DNA of 47,440 bases, counting the filler, from Sphacelaria rigidula (taxonomy: Eukaryota): the NCBI GenBank assembly GCA_964200075.2. It is 2 parts of 2 records of this genome, joined end to end, with 100 filler letters (N's around TTAATTAATTAA, not from the genome) between each part and the next. Parts side by side here need not be neighbours in the genome. Positions count along the whole stretch, not along the records: positions 1 to 23,681 come from CAXNAA020000251.1; positions 23,782 to 47,440 come from CAXNAA020000252.1. The stretch is one strand, 5' to 3'. The number at the start of each line of letters is the position of its first letter. The stretch's first letter is position 1. A model generated the notes under the pieces. The model was not told the DNA's origin. It was given only the letters and a program-made list of their open reading frames with translations, and searched no databases. This document shows positions 12,521 to 24,358 of the stretch, in pieces. The translations under genes were made by a program, and so were the position numbers.

Positions 12521-12620
12521 GAAAAAAATCATAGACGCCAGAGTGGATAATATTTTCCGAGTTATCTATTGTCATTGTCCAGGATGTGTGAAATTGTGTT
12601 TGCATGAACCATTATGATTA

Positions 12621-13756
12621 CAGGCTGGGCCGCGTAAGAAGCGGACTTTCATTCAGCCGGTTCCAACTGACGATCTATCGCGAGTAGTGCCTACTATGAC
12701 ACATCGTGGTAATCTGCAGATCAACGCGCGTTTTTCACTTCACGTAACGCTGCGATCTGACAAGTTCCCATCAATCGAAATACCAAATTGCAGTCAGCTG
12801 CGAAGCGTAGAGATTTGAGGCTGGCATGTGCGGCGGAATTACGGGGGAAAAGACGGCTGAAATCGCAATTACGGTTACAGTCAGTTGTGCCGCGGCCGCA
12901 AAGTGATGGTGCTGCACTAGTTTTGGTTGTACAACAAGGCATGTCGTACTGTAGGCGCGCAGTGTCTGAGATGGCACGCAGACGAGACCTTCAGCGCGCC
13001 AAGGCGTCGCGCTTGTAGAAACGTCAAAGTCCCGGCTGAGGTTATTGTACTCTAAAAGCGAGTGAACCGGTTCTCGACAGAAGAACGTGATTTCACCGCT
13101 CAATTTGAAGTTGTTTTCCATGAAATTCTGACACGATATACATGGGGTATATGTGAAGCCCCTACCGTTTGCCCCTCTTTTCTTTTTTGTTTTTCCTCGC
13201 ATGTTATTGGTGATCTAAATTTCGGAACAGTTTTTTTCTGGTACAAAAGCATCGACAGCTAATTGGAAAAAAAAATGTCAAGGGGGGACAATAGGGAGTT
13301 CAAAACATACCTCATGCGCATCGTGTCGAAATTTCGTCAAAAAAATACTCGAAATCCGACAGCATAACCGCGTTTAATTTTTTCGTGGCTGGTCCATCTC
13401 CACATAGGAACCAGTCTCGGACACGAACACGCGATTTAGCAGCTGAACTTCGGGTCGTTTTCAATGAAATTTCGACATGATGTACAGGATGTATGTGCTA
13501 AGATGCCACCTTTGCTACTCTACATTTTGTTTTCTTTCTCCGTGAGCTATCGGCAACCAAAAAATCAGAACAGTTTTTTTCGGGAGAAAATCGTGAATAA
13601 CTCCAAATCAATAAAAAAGAAATGTAGGGTGGAAAATATGGCGTCTTTGCACATACATCCTGTACATCGTGTCAAAAATTCATGTAAAACGACCTGAACT
13701 TCAGCTGCTAAATCGCGTGTTCACATCCCTGTCCGCGTCTTACACGGCCCAGCCTG
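12621..13756. mobile_element. Non-autonomous Tc1/mariner-type element (1136 bp) with two tandem internal palindromic modules
   Basis: TA|CAGGCTGGGCCGCGTAAGA ... TCTTACACGGCCCAGCCTG|TA; internal hairpin modules at about 13085-13372 and 13425-13722; homologous, in inverted orientation, to 32038-40403. Confidence 0.88.
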
Positions 13757-13814
13757 TATTATTATTTTGTTAATTTCCCATAATGCATACGCACTTTCTT
13801 CACTGTTTGGTCAG

Positions 13815-14144
13815 GGTCCGGCAGCAGCGCTAGCAGCAATCCAGACGACGAACCAAAATCTGTCAGCACTGGAACACCACCTACAGCGACGAACACGAGG
13901 GAATCCTCGGAAAAGATTATGGCTAGTGGCGCATTGTCTGTGGACAGCGGGCACGACAAGCTCGAGGGCAAGGGCCGCCCCCACTCCAAGAGCAATCGGA
14001 GGGGCGATTTCAAGATCCAGCGGTTGGGTTCAGCGGACAGCCGAACTTCCTTCCGCATAAGGAGACAGCTCTCCACGTACGGAGAGTTACATGACCTCGT
14101 GGCCAAGAAGAAGCTGGGCGGTGGCGTGATCAGGGGTCTCGTAG
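13815..14144 (+). CDS. USP gene exon 2 (SGSSASSNPDD...KKKLGGGVIRGLV)
   Basis: tttggtcag| acceptor, cgtag|gtgaag donor; 330 nt, phase 1-1; ends RGLV-G and runs directly into the Cys box. Confidence 0.85.
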
Positions 14145-14191
14145 GTGAAGGATCGTGTAGGAAGGGTACGACGAATAATCACTCCGAGTAC

Positions 14192-14930
14192 TCTGAAAAT
14201 TACTTGCATTTTTTGGAGTGATTGGCTGGCTGAAAAATTACTTGTCTTTTTTATATGATTGAATTGAATTGAATTACATGAAGAATTGTTTGCCTTCACG
14301 TGTAATGGTGTAAGTGATTGAAAACTACCTTCCTTCAGTGTAGTTGGCTGAAAATTACTTGCGTTTCAGCGTAATCAATTGGGAATCACTTGCCTTCAGT
14401 GGAATTGATTGGAACGTACTTGTCCTACAGGCTGGTTCGCGCTGATCACCCCAAAAACCTCATATCGCCGAAACATCACGGTTTCGGGTATAATTTGACT
14501 CCCGAGCTGATGGCGGTTACCAAGACTTGAAGCGTGCGGAGATTCTGTGAAAATTGGACTTGGAATTCGTGTCTTCAATTTCAAAACCATTTGAAGGGAG
14601 TTGAGTGGTCGACGTACCTTCTCGCCCTTAGCGCTACCAGTATGACCTTGAGCACAAATCCGGCTTTTTCACGCTCTTCAGCTGTCGATGGTGGTCGGTG
14701 TAATGTCATGTATGCGACTATTGGGTAGGTTTTGCCAAAGGCATTTGCTGATGACACAATTTTGGGTGATACGCGTGAACCAGCCTGCAAGTGGAAGTGA
14801 TTGAAAATTAATTGTTCTTTAGTGTAACTCATTGAAAATTACTTGCCTTCCCAGCCTGCAAGTGGAAGTGATTAAAAATGGTTGTTCTTTAGTGCAACTT
14901 ATTGAAAATCACTTGCCTTTAGTATAATCG
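14192..14930 (+). repeat. Degenerate ~30-bp minisatellite (TGAAAATTACTTGCCTTCAGTGTAATTGAT) in two blocks, about 14192-14425 and 14780-14930
   Basis: Repeated tgaaaattacttg motif; includes a 70-bp direct duplication starting ccagcctgcaagtggaagtgatt. Confidence 0.75.
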
Positions 14931-14936
14931 ACCCGC

Positions 14937-15140
14937 ACCGTACGAATCAATCCTTGGACTCCGTTTTCAGCGTCGCACCCTAGGAAACTCGCATCCCAGG
15001 TAAGGCACGTGGAAATGGCGCAAATATTGCGCAGCGACGTTGTTGACCCGCGTCCTAACTTTTTTTGCTCTCTTTCGCGCCATCAGGTCTCAGAAATCGT
15101 AGATTCGGTGATTTCAGGCAGCGATGATTTGTCCGAACCT
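14937..15140 (+). repeat. Interspersed repeat family C copy
   Basis: accgtacgaatcaatcc...ggcacgtggaaatggcgcaaa...gatttgtccgaacc. Confidence 0.75.
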
Positions 15141-15142
15141 TG

Positions 15143-15306
15143 AGGAGTTGCGCCCTCCCCCCGCCTCCCCACCTGCTAGGGTAGCGGCGATTCGAGACGT
15201 GAATCGCTTTCTTGTTCTGTCGCGTTGGTAGAGGGAGGTCGGGATTCGAACCCGGGGCCTTTTTGCGCGTGGAGCATGCAGCCCACCAAACCGGTGCACC
15301 ACTCTA
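15143..15306 (-). mobile_element. Putative third tRNA-derived SINE or tRNA-like relic
   Basis: Minus strand: A-box-like gtggtgcaccggtttggt, perfect B box gggttcgaatccc, then a hairpin gcgattc...gaatcgc. Confidence 0.45.
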
Positions 15307-15561
15307 AGTTCAAGTTTACTTATGTAACAGATTCGTGCACGGAACTCCAAGTGACATTTTCCCGGTGACGAAAGCTCGCATATGGGACTTTGTACTATTT
15401 TTCGCGAGTTCCACAAGGTTTAACAGCTTTTCTTACTATTCTTGTTAGAAGTGCTGTCGGCGCTCGTAGGTGGCTCTCAACTCGACCTCTCGATCCCGTT
15501 CCGTTCGCCCGTGTGTTTTTTTGCTAGCTCTTGCTGCTTGCTGTAGGTGGAACTATCTTGA

Positions 15562-15726
<165 letters not shown>

Positions 15727-15809
15727 TGAGGTCATCCTTTTCGTTTGCCCCTCGTTTTCCCATCACACTTCTTAAGCCCCCCCCCCTCCCCTCATTCTAC
15801 GTGAAAAAT

Positions 15810-16130
15810 CAATAGGTGGAGACATCCATGAGGAAGTGTGATCCGTGGTTATCTGCGGAATTGGCGATACCAGAAAAATGACGCAACTCCTTGCAGGCTT
15901 TCATCCACATGCAAGATACATGTTACGCATCAGGCCGAACAACCGTTGGTAGGATGCAGGTCAGTCACCGTTCATGCGACTGGCCGAACACATCACGGCG
16001 TTTCCCGCCCGGTGACTGATTGCGAGCCTGGTCCGGCAAAACCTGGCGTGCTCTGTCCCGGCATTGTAGGAGTCGGCCAACGGTCTCATGACTATGGCAT
16101 GCAATGGCATGAGGACACCCCCCCTCCTTG
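15810..16130 (-). repeat. Interspersed repeat family E, partial copy
   Basis: Reverse-complement similarity to 21901-22230 (gagcctggtccggcaaaacctggcgtgctc...tgtagg, atgactatggcatgc, C-run end). Confidence 0.65.
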
Positions 16131-16385
16131 GAGCAAGTTCGTGGTGTCGAGGGATCAACCCGATCTCTCCCCCGGTGCACGCCTTGCAATTCGATATCGC
16201 GGATTAGATGAGCATTCGCTTGCTAGTCCCGTTCTCACGTTTTCAACGATATTAAATATTATTTTCAGGAAAAAAATACCTCAGAGACGTCTTTAGGAAA
16301 AACGAACCCGAGTTTTTTTCCGACCTCTTGGTCTCAGGAAATCATTTTAATTCACGCCACCGTTTTTTCGAGGAATCAAAGCAGT

Positions 16386-16632
16386 CCACATCCTGGATAG
16401 AGGCAATACATGGTGAAAATACGCAATGGACAAAAATGTACTGAGTAAAGAATGGATCTATTGCAACTATTGTCGTATATGGTGAAAATTTGCGACAGAC
16501 AAAAATGTACTGGTGAAAGTATAGGCCTATTGCAGCTATTCGGGGCCGACGATGGCTGCAGTAGGCCTGTACTTTACCCCGTACACTTTTGTGTATATCG
16601 CATCTTTTTTACCATATCTTGTCCAGGGTGTG
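16386..16632. repeat. Palindromic MITE-like repeat (two direct ~70-bp units plus one inverted unit)
   Basis: atggtgaaaat...acaaaaatgtactg twice, then the inverted cgtacacttttgt...tttttaccat; ends cacatcctgga / tccagggtgtg. Confidence 0.6.
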
Positions 16633-16961
16633 AAATAGTCACATAAAGCCCCGGCCATGCCAATGCAAGCGCGGTCCTCTTGAGCGTTATGATTGTACAG
16701 TAATGTCCCAATGCTTCGAACTGGTTGTTGTTGTTACGAAGTACAAAGCAGTAGATCAGACATGTAATATGGCTGGGCACTCATTTTTCTTCATTGTTTT
16801 TTTTCGTTATTACTGTTGTCTCAAATCAAGGGCGTGTCGGGTGGGGATATACCCGATATTGTGTTGTTTTGAAGGGTCGCACATGACCTGCCTAAGTCAG
16901 TCAATACAACTTGGAGAGCAAAAGCACTGGGCTGGCTGCTGCTGTGGACATGGGTCGGACC

Positions 16962-17165
16962 TGTGTGTTTGTGTGTGTGTGTGTGTGTTGTCCCATTTAT
17001 TCTGGGCACCAGTCTACACTTTTCGGTATATGTGGGCGCATCAGCCGAGATCACACAGGAGGAAGGCCAACACAGGAGCTTTTCCTTTTTAATTTGTTTT
17101 GTAATACCCCACCTTCCTTCTGCGGTGCTTGCCTTTATTTTTTATCGCGAGAGGGGTTCAGCAGT
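16962..17165 (-). mobile_element. SINE family A, 3' half of a copy split by an insertion
   Basis: Matches the 3' part of 9782-10148 and 27525-27895; similarity stops at ggggttcagcagt. Confidence 0.85.
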
Positions 17166-19102
17166 TATGGGTGGGACTGGGGCCCGATTTTGGGTACTAT
17201 ATTTCGGGAAAATGGATCACGAACGCTATACGCGTCAAAACTGGACCGTAATCAGACGAATCATATCAATCATAATACATACGTCACCTAGAAACCACGA
17301 CCTGGCTCATATGAAATGTACCACAAACATGGTACATATTTTCAAGTCTGTGAGTGCTCGTTGTTGAGATGATATTGTTCCTCCGGATAAGTCGCTCCAG
17401 ATCAGTGGGTCGAAACTCTGGTGCACCAGTGTTCAGCTGCTGTACTACTCGGGAAGCGCACGCCCCCGAGCTGCCACCCCACGTTTACCATCATTGCGAA
17501 GATAGTAAGACAAGAACACGAACAGCAGCACTTGTGGCCGCCACACACCAACGCATCTGCAGTGAAGGGCGTGCCTGACATCGTGCTAGAACGAGAAAGT
17601 ACGGAAATTTGGATACCATGAGCAGCAGCGTCGCGCATCCCTTGGGTTCTGTCTCGAAAACTTCTGTCACAAGACGGCCGTGTTTCATCGGTGAACTCGC
17701 CCTCTACAAAGCCAAGGGGTGAAAGGGCATTCGCTCATGATACATGAGGTTGTCCTTTGTACACATCCCACAAAACAGAGCAGCACATGGCGGACCGCCA
17801 CCAAAGCAAATGTCGTGACATTGGTGCCAAAAAATAGCATTTGGTCGGAGATTCAAGTTGGTGTCAATCGCATGGTTTACATATTATTCTCACCATGTAC
17901 AGGCAGTCAGTTGAAACACCGTGGCTCTGCTGATCTGTTCATACATAGTCAGTGTGTAGTCAAAAATATCAATCGCCCTTGGCGCCCTGGTTTCTCCGCT
18001 GGGGCCTCAGATCCAACAGCCGAAGCTGATGTGTTACGTCGCCCTCTGCAACTCAATACATGAAGGGTACTCTCTGTTGAAAGGCTAATGTGCTCATTGT
18101 GCACAGCCGTACAGAACGAAGCAGCACCTGGCGGCACCCCACAAAGTGAAACACCGTCACACACTGCTCGCTGCAAGAAAAAAATATGCAGCCCAAAACG
18201 AAGCTGTCCACCGTCGCATAGTTTGCATGTCACTCTTACATTGATTTATATAAACAGACAATTACCAAGTACATGATCACAACAGTCGCCAGCAGATGTA
18301 AGGCGGTGCAAGTACTACAATCGCTCTAGACGTCTTGGCTTCTGCACTGGAGCTCTGACACGAAGCAGCCGCTAGCTTTGTCTTTCTTCTGTGAACTCCC
18401 CCTCTGAAATTCGACACTTGAAGGGATACTCGCTGTTGAAAGGCGAAATTGCCTTTTGTGCATAGCCGCACAGAACTAAGCAGCAGCGCTTGCCAACATG
18501 CAACCAAACTGCATGTCGTGGCAACTTGCGGCGAGAAAAAACAACATGCGCACCTATTGTTTTGAATTTGCGATGTTGGACCTCTGATAGCGCTAGATAT
18601 TAATCCTCAACCGAAAAATGCCGATCGCGCAACGCGCAGAAGTCGGCGACGAAGCAGAGGATTGGACTGCAGTTTCTTGCGTGCGCTTCCCACACACCCA
18701 AGCTAGGTCATTCTATTTTACTTTTGCGTGTGAGCATGATACTGAGCCGCGACAAACCCAAACATACAAGAATGAGGTGTTTTGCGCTCTGGGCGGGGGG
18801 GTTCTCGCTGCTGGCGCGAGGCCAGGAAAAGGTGAAATAGAATCCCCTAGATCATGTGTGTATGCGGGGGGGTGTGAAGTGCCGTGGGCTGGCTTGCTTC
18901 CTGTGTCGAGAACCGCGCGATCTCCCGTGCTAGAGCCGTCCCACAGTAAACCAAGTTTATAAGTGATGAAGCGTACGTTCTGCTCGAGAGGGCCTCGGCA
19001 CAGGTGTGACCCCCTACTGACATGTTCACTATTCCTCCGCACTTCTGTTTTTTTTAGTTTGCCGCTGATTTTTGGTCGTAAGGCCCTCCAGTCCCACCCA
19101 TA
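17166..19102. mobile_element. Non-autonomous TIR element (1937 bp), 15-bp TIR TATGGGTGGGACTGG, 5-bp TSD GCAGT
   Basis: Perfect TIRs at both ends; GCAGT at 17161-17165 and 19103-19107; removing the element plus one TSD restores the SINE sequence ggggttcagcagtccctttccctcgtcgacc seen in 27525-27895. Confidence 0.88.
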
Positions 19103-19276
19103 GCAGTCCCTTTCCCTCGTCGACCGTTATGTCGAATTTTGTGTACCCACGACATAGTCGCTCTCCATTGTTGGGCATGGTGCGAGAAAAGATCCCAGAT
19201 CGCTCCGGGGATCGAACCCCCTACTTAACCATCAGAAGGTTAAGAGGTTACCAACTGAGCCTCCGGGGCGACCGGT
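19103..19276 (-). mobile_element. SINE family A, 5' half (tRNA-like head) of the split copy
   Basis: Minus strand: ggctcagttggt A box, gggttcgatccc B box; the body continues up to the TSD. Confidence 0.85.
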
Positions 19277-19348
19277 TTCTACTTCTCACAATACCGAAAT
19301 ATTGGTGGATACCCTACCCGACCCGCTCTTGTTTCATTTCTCGTGCAG

Positions 19349-19460
19349 GGCTAACTTTCTTGGTCACAAAGGGTTGATGGCAGAAGCGCTGGGAAACCTG
19401 GCCGTGGAGATGTGGTCAACTAAGAAGGCTTTCATCTCACCGACTCCCTTCAAGCGGCAG
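19349..19460 (+). CDS. USP gene exon 4 (ANFLGHKGLMAEALGNLAVEMWSTKKAFISPTPFKRQ)
   Basis: tcgtgcag| acceptor, gcag|gtgtgt donor; phase 2-0; resembles the USP NxLGxxG and SPxxFK segments. Confidence 0.93.
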
Positions 19461-19596
19461 GTGTGTGTGCGATCATCGATGACTGACGATTGACGCACGG
19501 TACACAAACGTTAATTTGATTGTGTTGGTGCGACTATGGTGAATCTGTTGAATTTTGTTTCGTTTTCCATGGTGGTATCTCTCCCGCATGGGTTCA

Positions 19597-19814
19597 TGTG
19601 TGTGTTTGTTGCCATCCCCATCTATTCTGGACGCCAGCCTACACCTCACGGTATATGTGAGCGCATTGGCCGGGGTCACACAGGAGGAAGAACAACACGC
19701 GTGAGTTTTTATTTTTATTTTGTTTTAGCACTCAACCTTCCTTCTACCGTGCCTGCGTTGCTTTTTATCGCGAGAAAGGTTCGGCGGCCCCTTTCCCTCG
19801 TCGACTGTGAAGTC
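19597..19814 (-). mobile_element. SINE family A, 5'-truncated copy
   Basis: atctattctggacgcc...ggggtcacacaggaggaag...tttatcgcgag...ccctttccctcgtcgac. Confidence 0.8.
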
Positions 19815-19835
19815 AGGGCGTGTTCTTGCGCATTA

Positions 19836-19978
19836 TTTTTCGATCAAAAATGTGCGGTGGAAAAGGGAAAACTCCGATCTGACAGATCATGATTTCAACC
19901 ATCGTTTATTTCGAAGATGGTTGAAATCACGAGCTGTCGGATCGGGATTTTTGTTTCCCACCGCACTTTTTCGATCGA
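19836..19978. repeat. Hairpin MITE family P copy (arms about 65 bp)
   Basis: tcgatcaaaaatgtgcggtgg...gatttcaaccatc / gatggttgaaatc...ccaccgcactttttcgatcga. Confidence 0.75.
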
Positions 19979-20435
19979 CAAATGATGGGCGAAGACAGAG
20001 ATGGAGAGGGATGGGTCCGTGAACATACCGCAGTTGCTGTCAGTCAATCATTCAGATAACAAGAAAATGAAATACGACTATACTATACCGCGGCCGTGGG
20101 ATCGTCTCTGTGCCATGCGCAGGAGATTTTGTAAGCCGGTCTCCGGGATGAAACAAAAAAGTATGATGGACTGACTTATGGAGGATACCGCCATTGACGT
20201 CTGTTAGTGTCTGGTAAAAGTCACAAATGTGTTTCCATGAGCATACAGCAAATGCTCTGATGTCTTTCAACTCCAAGAAAAGCGAGGAGCACGTTGGGGT
20301 GAATCGTGAGGTACGTATATGTATCCTGTGGCCACGGGAGGGTTTACAGCGGATCCGTTCATGTTGTGGCACTCGATTCGTTGCGACGGGGCACTCTTAT
20401 GATATTCCATCACCCGATCAATTGATCGCTATGTT

Positions 20436-20484
20436 CCTGTCCTGTCCTGTCCTGTCCTGTCCTGTCCTGTCCTGTCCTGTCCTG
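20436..20484 (+). repeat. (CCTGT)n microsatellite about 30 bp upstream of the USP exon 5 acceptor
   Basis: Nine perfect CCTGT units plus a partial unit. Confidence 0.95.
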
Positions 20485-20514
20485 CTGTATGTGCGCGAAA
20501 CACCGGAAAACAAG

Positions 20515-20712
20515 GCCGGAGAATCAATGCCACTGTTCGCGGGCTATGAGCAACAGGATGTTCAGGAATTCCTGGCGTTCCTGCTAGACGCGGTGCACGA
20601 GGACCTCAATCGGGTGCCGAATGCGGAGCGCAAGTATGTGGAGGCGAAGGAAGCTAAAGAGGGGGAGTCGGAGGAGCTCGTGGCCAGGGAGGCGTGGAAG
20701 GGTTACTTGGAG
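20515..20712 (+). CDS. USP gene exon 5 with QQD box (FAGYEQQDVQEFLAFLLDAVHEDLNRV)
   Basis: aacaag| acceptor, ggag|gtgcag donor; 198 nt, phase 0-0; canonical QQDxxEF...HEDLNR motif. Confidence 0.93.
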
Positions 20713-20840
20713 GTGCAGTTCATTCCTCTTTTGCGATGATCACTTTTTCCGATTATGATTTTTATTATACATTTGTTTCCTATTATATTATCCACCCATG
20801 GATTTATCCATTTACTCATCCATGTCTCTTCCATTTACTA

Positions 20841-21154
20841 ATAACGCTTTCGTGAGATAAAGAGTCTAGGATACGATTGAGAGCGAGAAACGGTCAATGA
20901 GTGAATGAAATAGTTTCAGTTCCGAAATGCCCCTCAGGGCCTTGTACGAGGCCCGGCACGCTTTCTGTGGTGGATTGCCACTGAATCCTTCGTAATCCCC
21001 GAGTAGGGTGTCGTCGTGTAGCTGTATTCACACGGCATTGTTACGGGCAAAGAAAATAACCCGCAAAATGAAAATAAATGGTGAAGTTATAGCGAATAGT
21101 AAGAGTCACTCTGAATCAACGCTAGGCTCTCAATCTCACAAAAAGCAACGTTTA
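20841..21154. repeat. MITE-like element with degenerate ~30-bp inverted ends
   Basis: taacgctttcgtgagataaagagtctag ... ctaggctctcaatctcacaaaaagcaacgttta. Confidence 0.45.
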
Positions 21155-21243
21155 TATCCTTTTCTTTTTAGCATATTGTATTTGTTTGTACTACTGTATG
21201 TGTTTAGGAGAAGTTGGGCCTTTTGAAATGGTTGCTGTGGTGA

Positions 21244-22535
<1,292 letters not shown>

Positions 22536-22906
22536 CGCATCCATGTCGAGACGGAGCACCGTAGGGGGGACGAAGACGTCCCCCCCCCTGCTCCCTTCCT
22601 TCCTTCAGACTGTAGTTTACGACGCTCAATACTTGAGAGCTTTTGTGTTGTGGTGCTACTAATAGCCGTTTATTTTTTTCCAAGAAGAGCAGGCGTAATG
22701 CCAGCGTCAGGAACGCCCATTGATTGTACATTTTGGATTTGACGCGATCGTCCCCGGCGCGAAGAATGTTGCGCGAAGCTAGATCAATGTTGATTCGGTG
22801 ACTGTGATTGGGTGGAGGTTCACTGGAGAGTACAGCAGGCAGAAGTTTTGTGTCCCTCCAGCCGTCAATCTTCCAGACATGAAATAGTATCGCTCATGGT
22901 CCCGTA

Positions 22907-23281
22907 CTAGCACGCTCAATCCCGTTGTACCGTGTGAAATGTTGATTCGAAGTTCGTATTTCGCGGGTAGCCTGGGCATAATTTCGTACGATTGGCCCTT
23001 CGAGGTGGACGGACCGCTTGATTGCACAAGCTGCGTTCGACGGTGTGTGCTTCGTTTTTGCTGTCTTGCCGAGTAAAAACCTGCCTGTCCGAAGCACACA
23101 ATCGACCGACTGAGTGAGTGAGTTATCGATGGATTGTCGGGCAGTGACTGATCCCGGAGATATTGAATGAGAGGGTGAGTGAGTGAGTAAGTAGGTAGGT
23201 AAGTAGGGAAGTAAGTGAGTGAGTGTGTACGGGAGTGAGTGAGTTGATCGATGAATTGTCAGGCAGCAACTAATCCGGAGA
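22907..23281 (-). mobile_element. Probable non-autonomous mini-Helitron
   Basis: Minus strand starts A|TC, has a duplicated 5' segment and (TCAC)/(TACC) microsatellite, and ends in an imperfect hairpin cacggtacaacggg + 10 nt + CTAG|T; no TSD. Confidence 0.5.
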
Positions 23282-23458
23282 TATACAGCCATGGTCAACA
23301 AGATAGGATCCATCGTGAAATGTGGGCCTAACCACCCCCTGCTCTCACCCTGTCGCCGCCTTCCCCGGCGCGCTATCCCCTCCCCACTCCCCCCTCCCCC
23401 CTCCCGTCCTCACACTTGTGTGCGTCAAACTCATCGGTTATTCGTGTCGACCGCCCAG

Positions 23459-23526
23459 ACAACGCCTGGTATTGCCCAAGTTGCAAGACGCACCAGCCTG
23501 CGACCAAGAAGCTCGATCTTTGGAAG
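23459..23526 (+). CDS. USP gene exon 7 ([23 protein letters not shown]); last exon visible before the assembly gap
   Basis: cgcccag| acceptor, gaag|gtatgc donor; phase 1-0; second CxxC and KKLDLW motif, typical of USP2/8/4/11/15-like catalytic domains. Confidence 0.95.
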
Positions 23527-23681
23527 GTATGCAAGGGGCCTTACAGACTGGAAAACGGTTTATGCCCCCCCCCCTCCCCCCCCCTCAGGGGTGGTCGAGA
23601 ATGAGGAAAATCGAAAAATGGTGTCCACAAACCGGTTTCTCCCTGTTTCTTCACCAGAACACGGAATCGAACGGTACCTTC

Positions 23682-23781
23682 NNNNNNNNNNNNNNNNNNN
23701 NNNNNNNNNNNNNNNNNNNNNNNNNTTAATTAATTAANNNNNNNNNNNNNNNNNNNNNNNNNNNNNNNNNNNNNNNNNNNN
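23682..23781. other. Artificial scaffold gap: N44-TTAATTAATTAA-N44
   Basis: Exactly 100 bp and symmetric; the central 12-mer puts stop codons in all six frames. Confidence 0.97.
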
Positions 23782-23869
23782 CCCCCCCCCCCCTGCGTTT
23801 TGTGGCCAATGGCAAAACACCAAAGGAAAAAAAAAAAGGGGGACCCCCCCCCCCCCCCCCTGCGTTTTG

Positions 23870-24358
23870 ACTCACGAAGCCTGGGCCGGCAAAAACCCGG
23901 CGTGCTCCGTCCCGACGTTGTAGGGGCGAACCTCCCATGGAGTTAGTGCCGCCTGGCGATGACGCTGTAAAACACGTCACTCACTGCGTAAGCTAGGCAA
24001 CCAGTTTACCGGGGGGTTTTGCGGTAGCCGTGACGGTGGTCGAGCTACATCATACTGTGCGGGGGAGACAACCTCGACTCCGCGCAAAGGGGATGATCGT
24101 CCTTCGTGATGTTTGAGTGGTGAGACCCCCAAGAGGCAGTGTATAATAAGCCGTGGCTGTCTCTGGAAGTGGCGATTCCAGAAAATGAAGCAACTCATTT
24201 GAGGCTGTCATTCACAATATAATCAGTAGGCTTCGGGCCGAACAATCTTAACAGGATGCAGCTCACTCTTCATGCGACTCACCGTCCCGGCTTTGTAGGG
24301 ATGCGAGGTCAATGGTCACATGACTACGGCATTTAATATCATGAGTACCCCCCCCCCC
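23870..24358 (-). repeat. Interspersed repeat family E copy
   Basis: Reverse complement of 21901-22462 (actgcgtaagctaggcaaccag, catactgtgcgggg, ctccgcgcaaaggggatgatcg, ends tgagtac(C)n). Confidence 0.8.

Noticed and set aside
23726..23737. TTAATTAATTAA as a biological motif or piggyBac target
   Set aside because: It is centred in a symmetric N44/N44 gap and is a synthetic six-frame-stop contig spacer.
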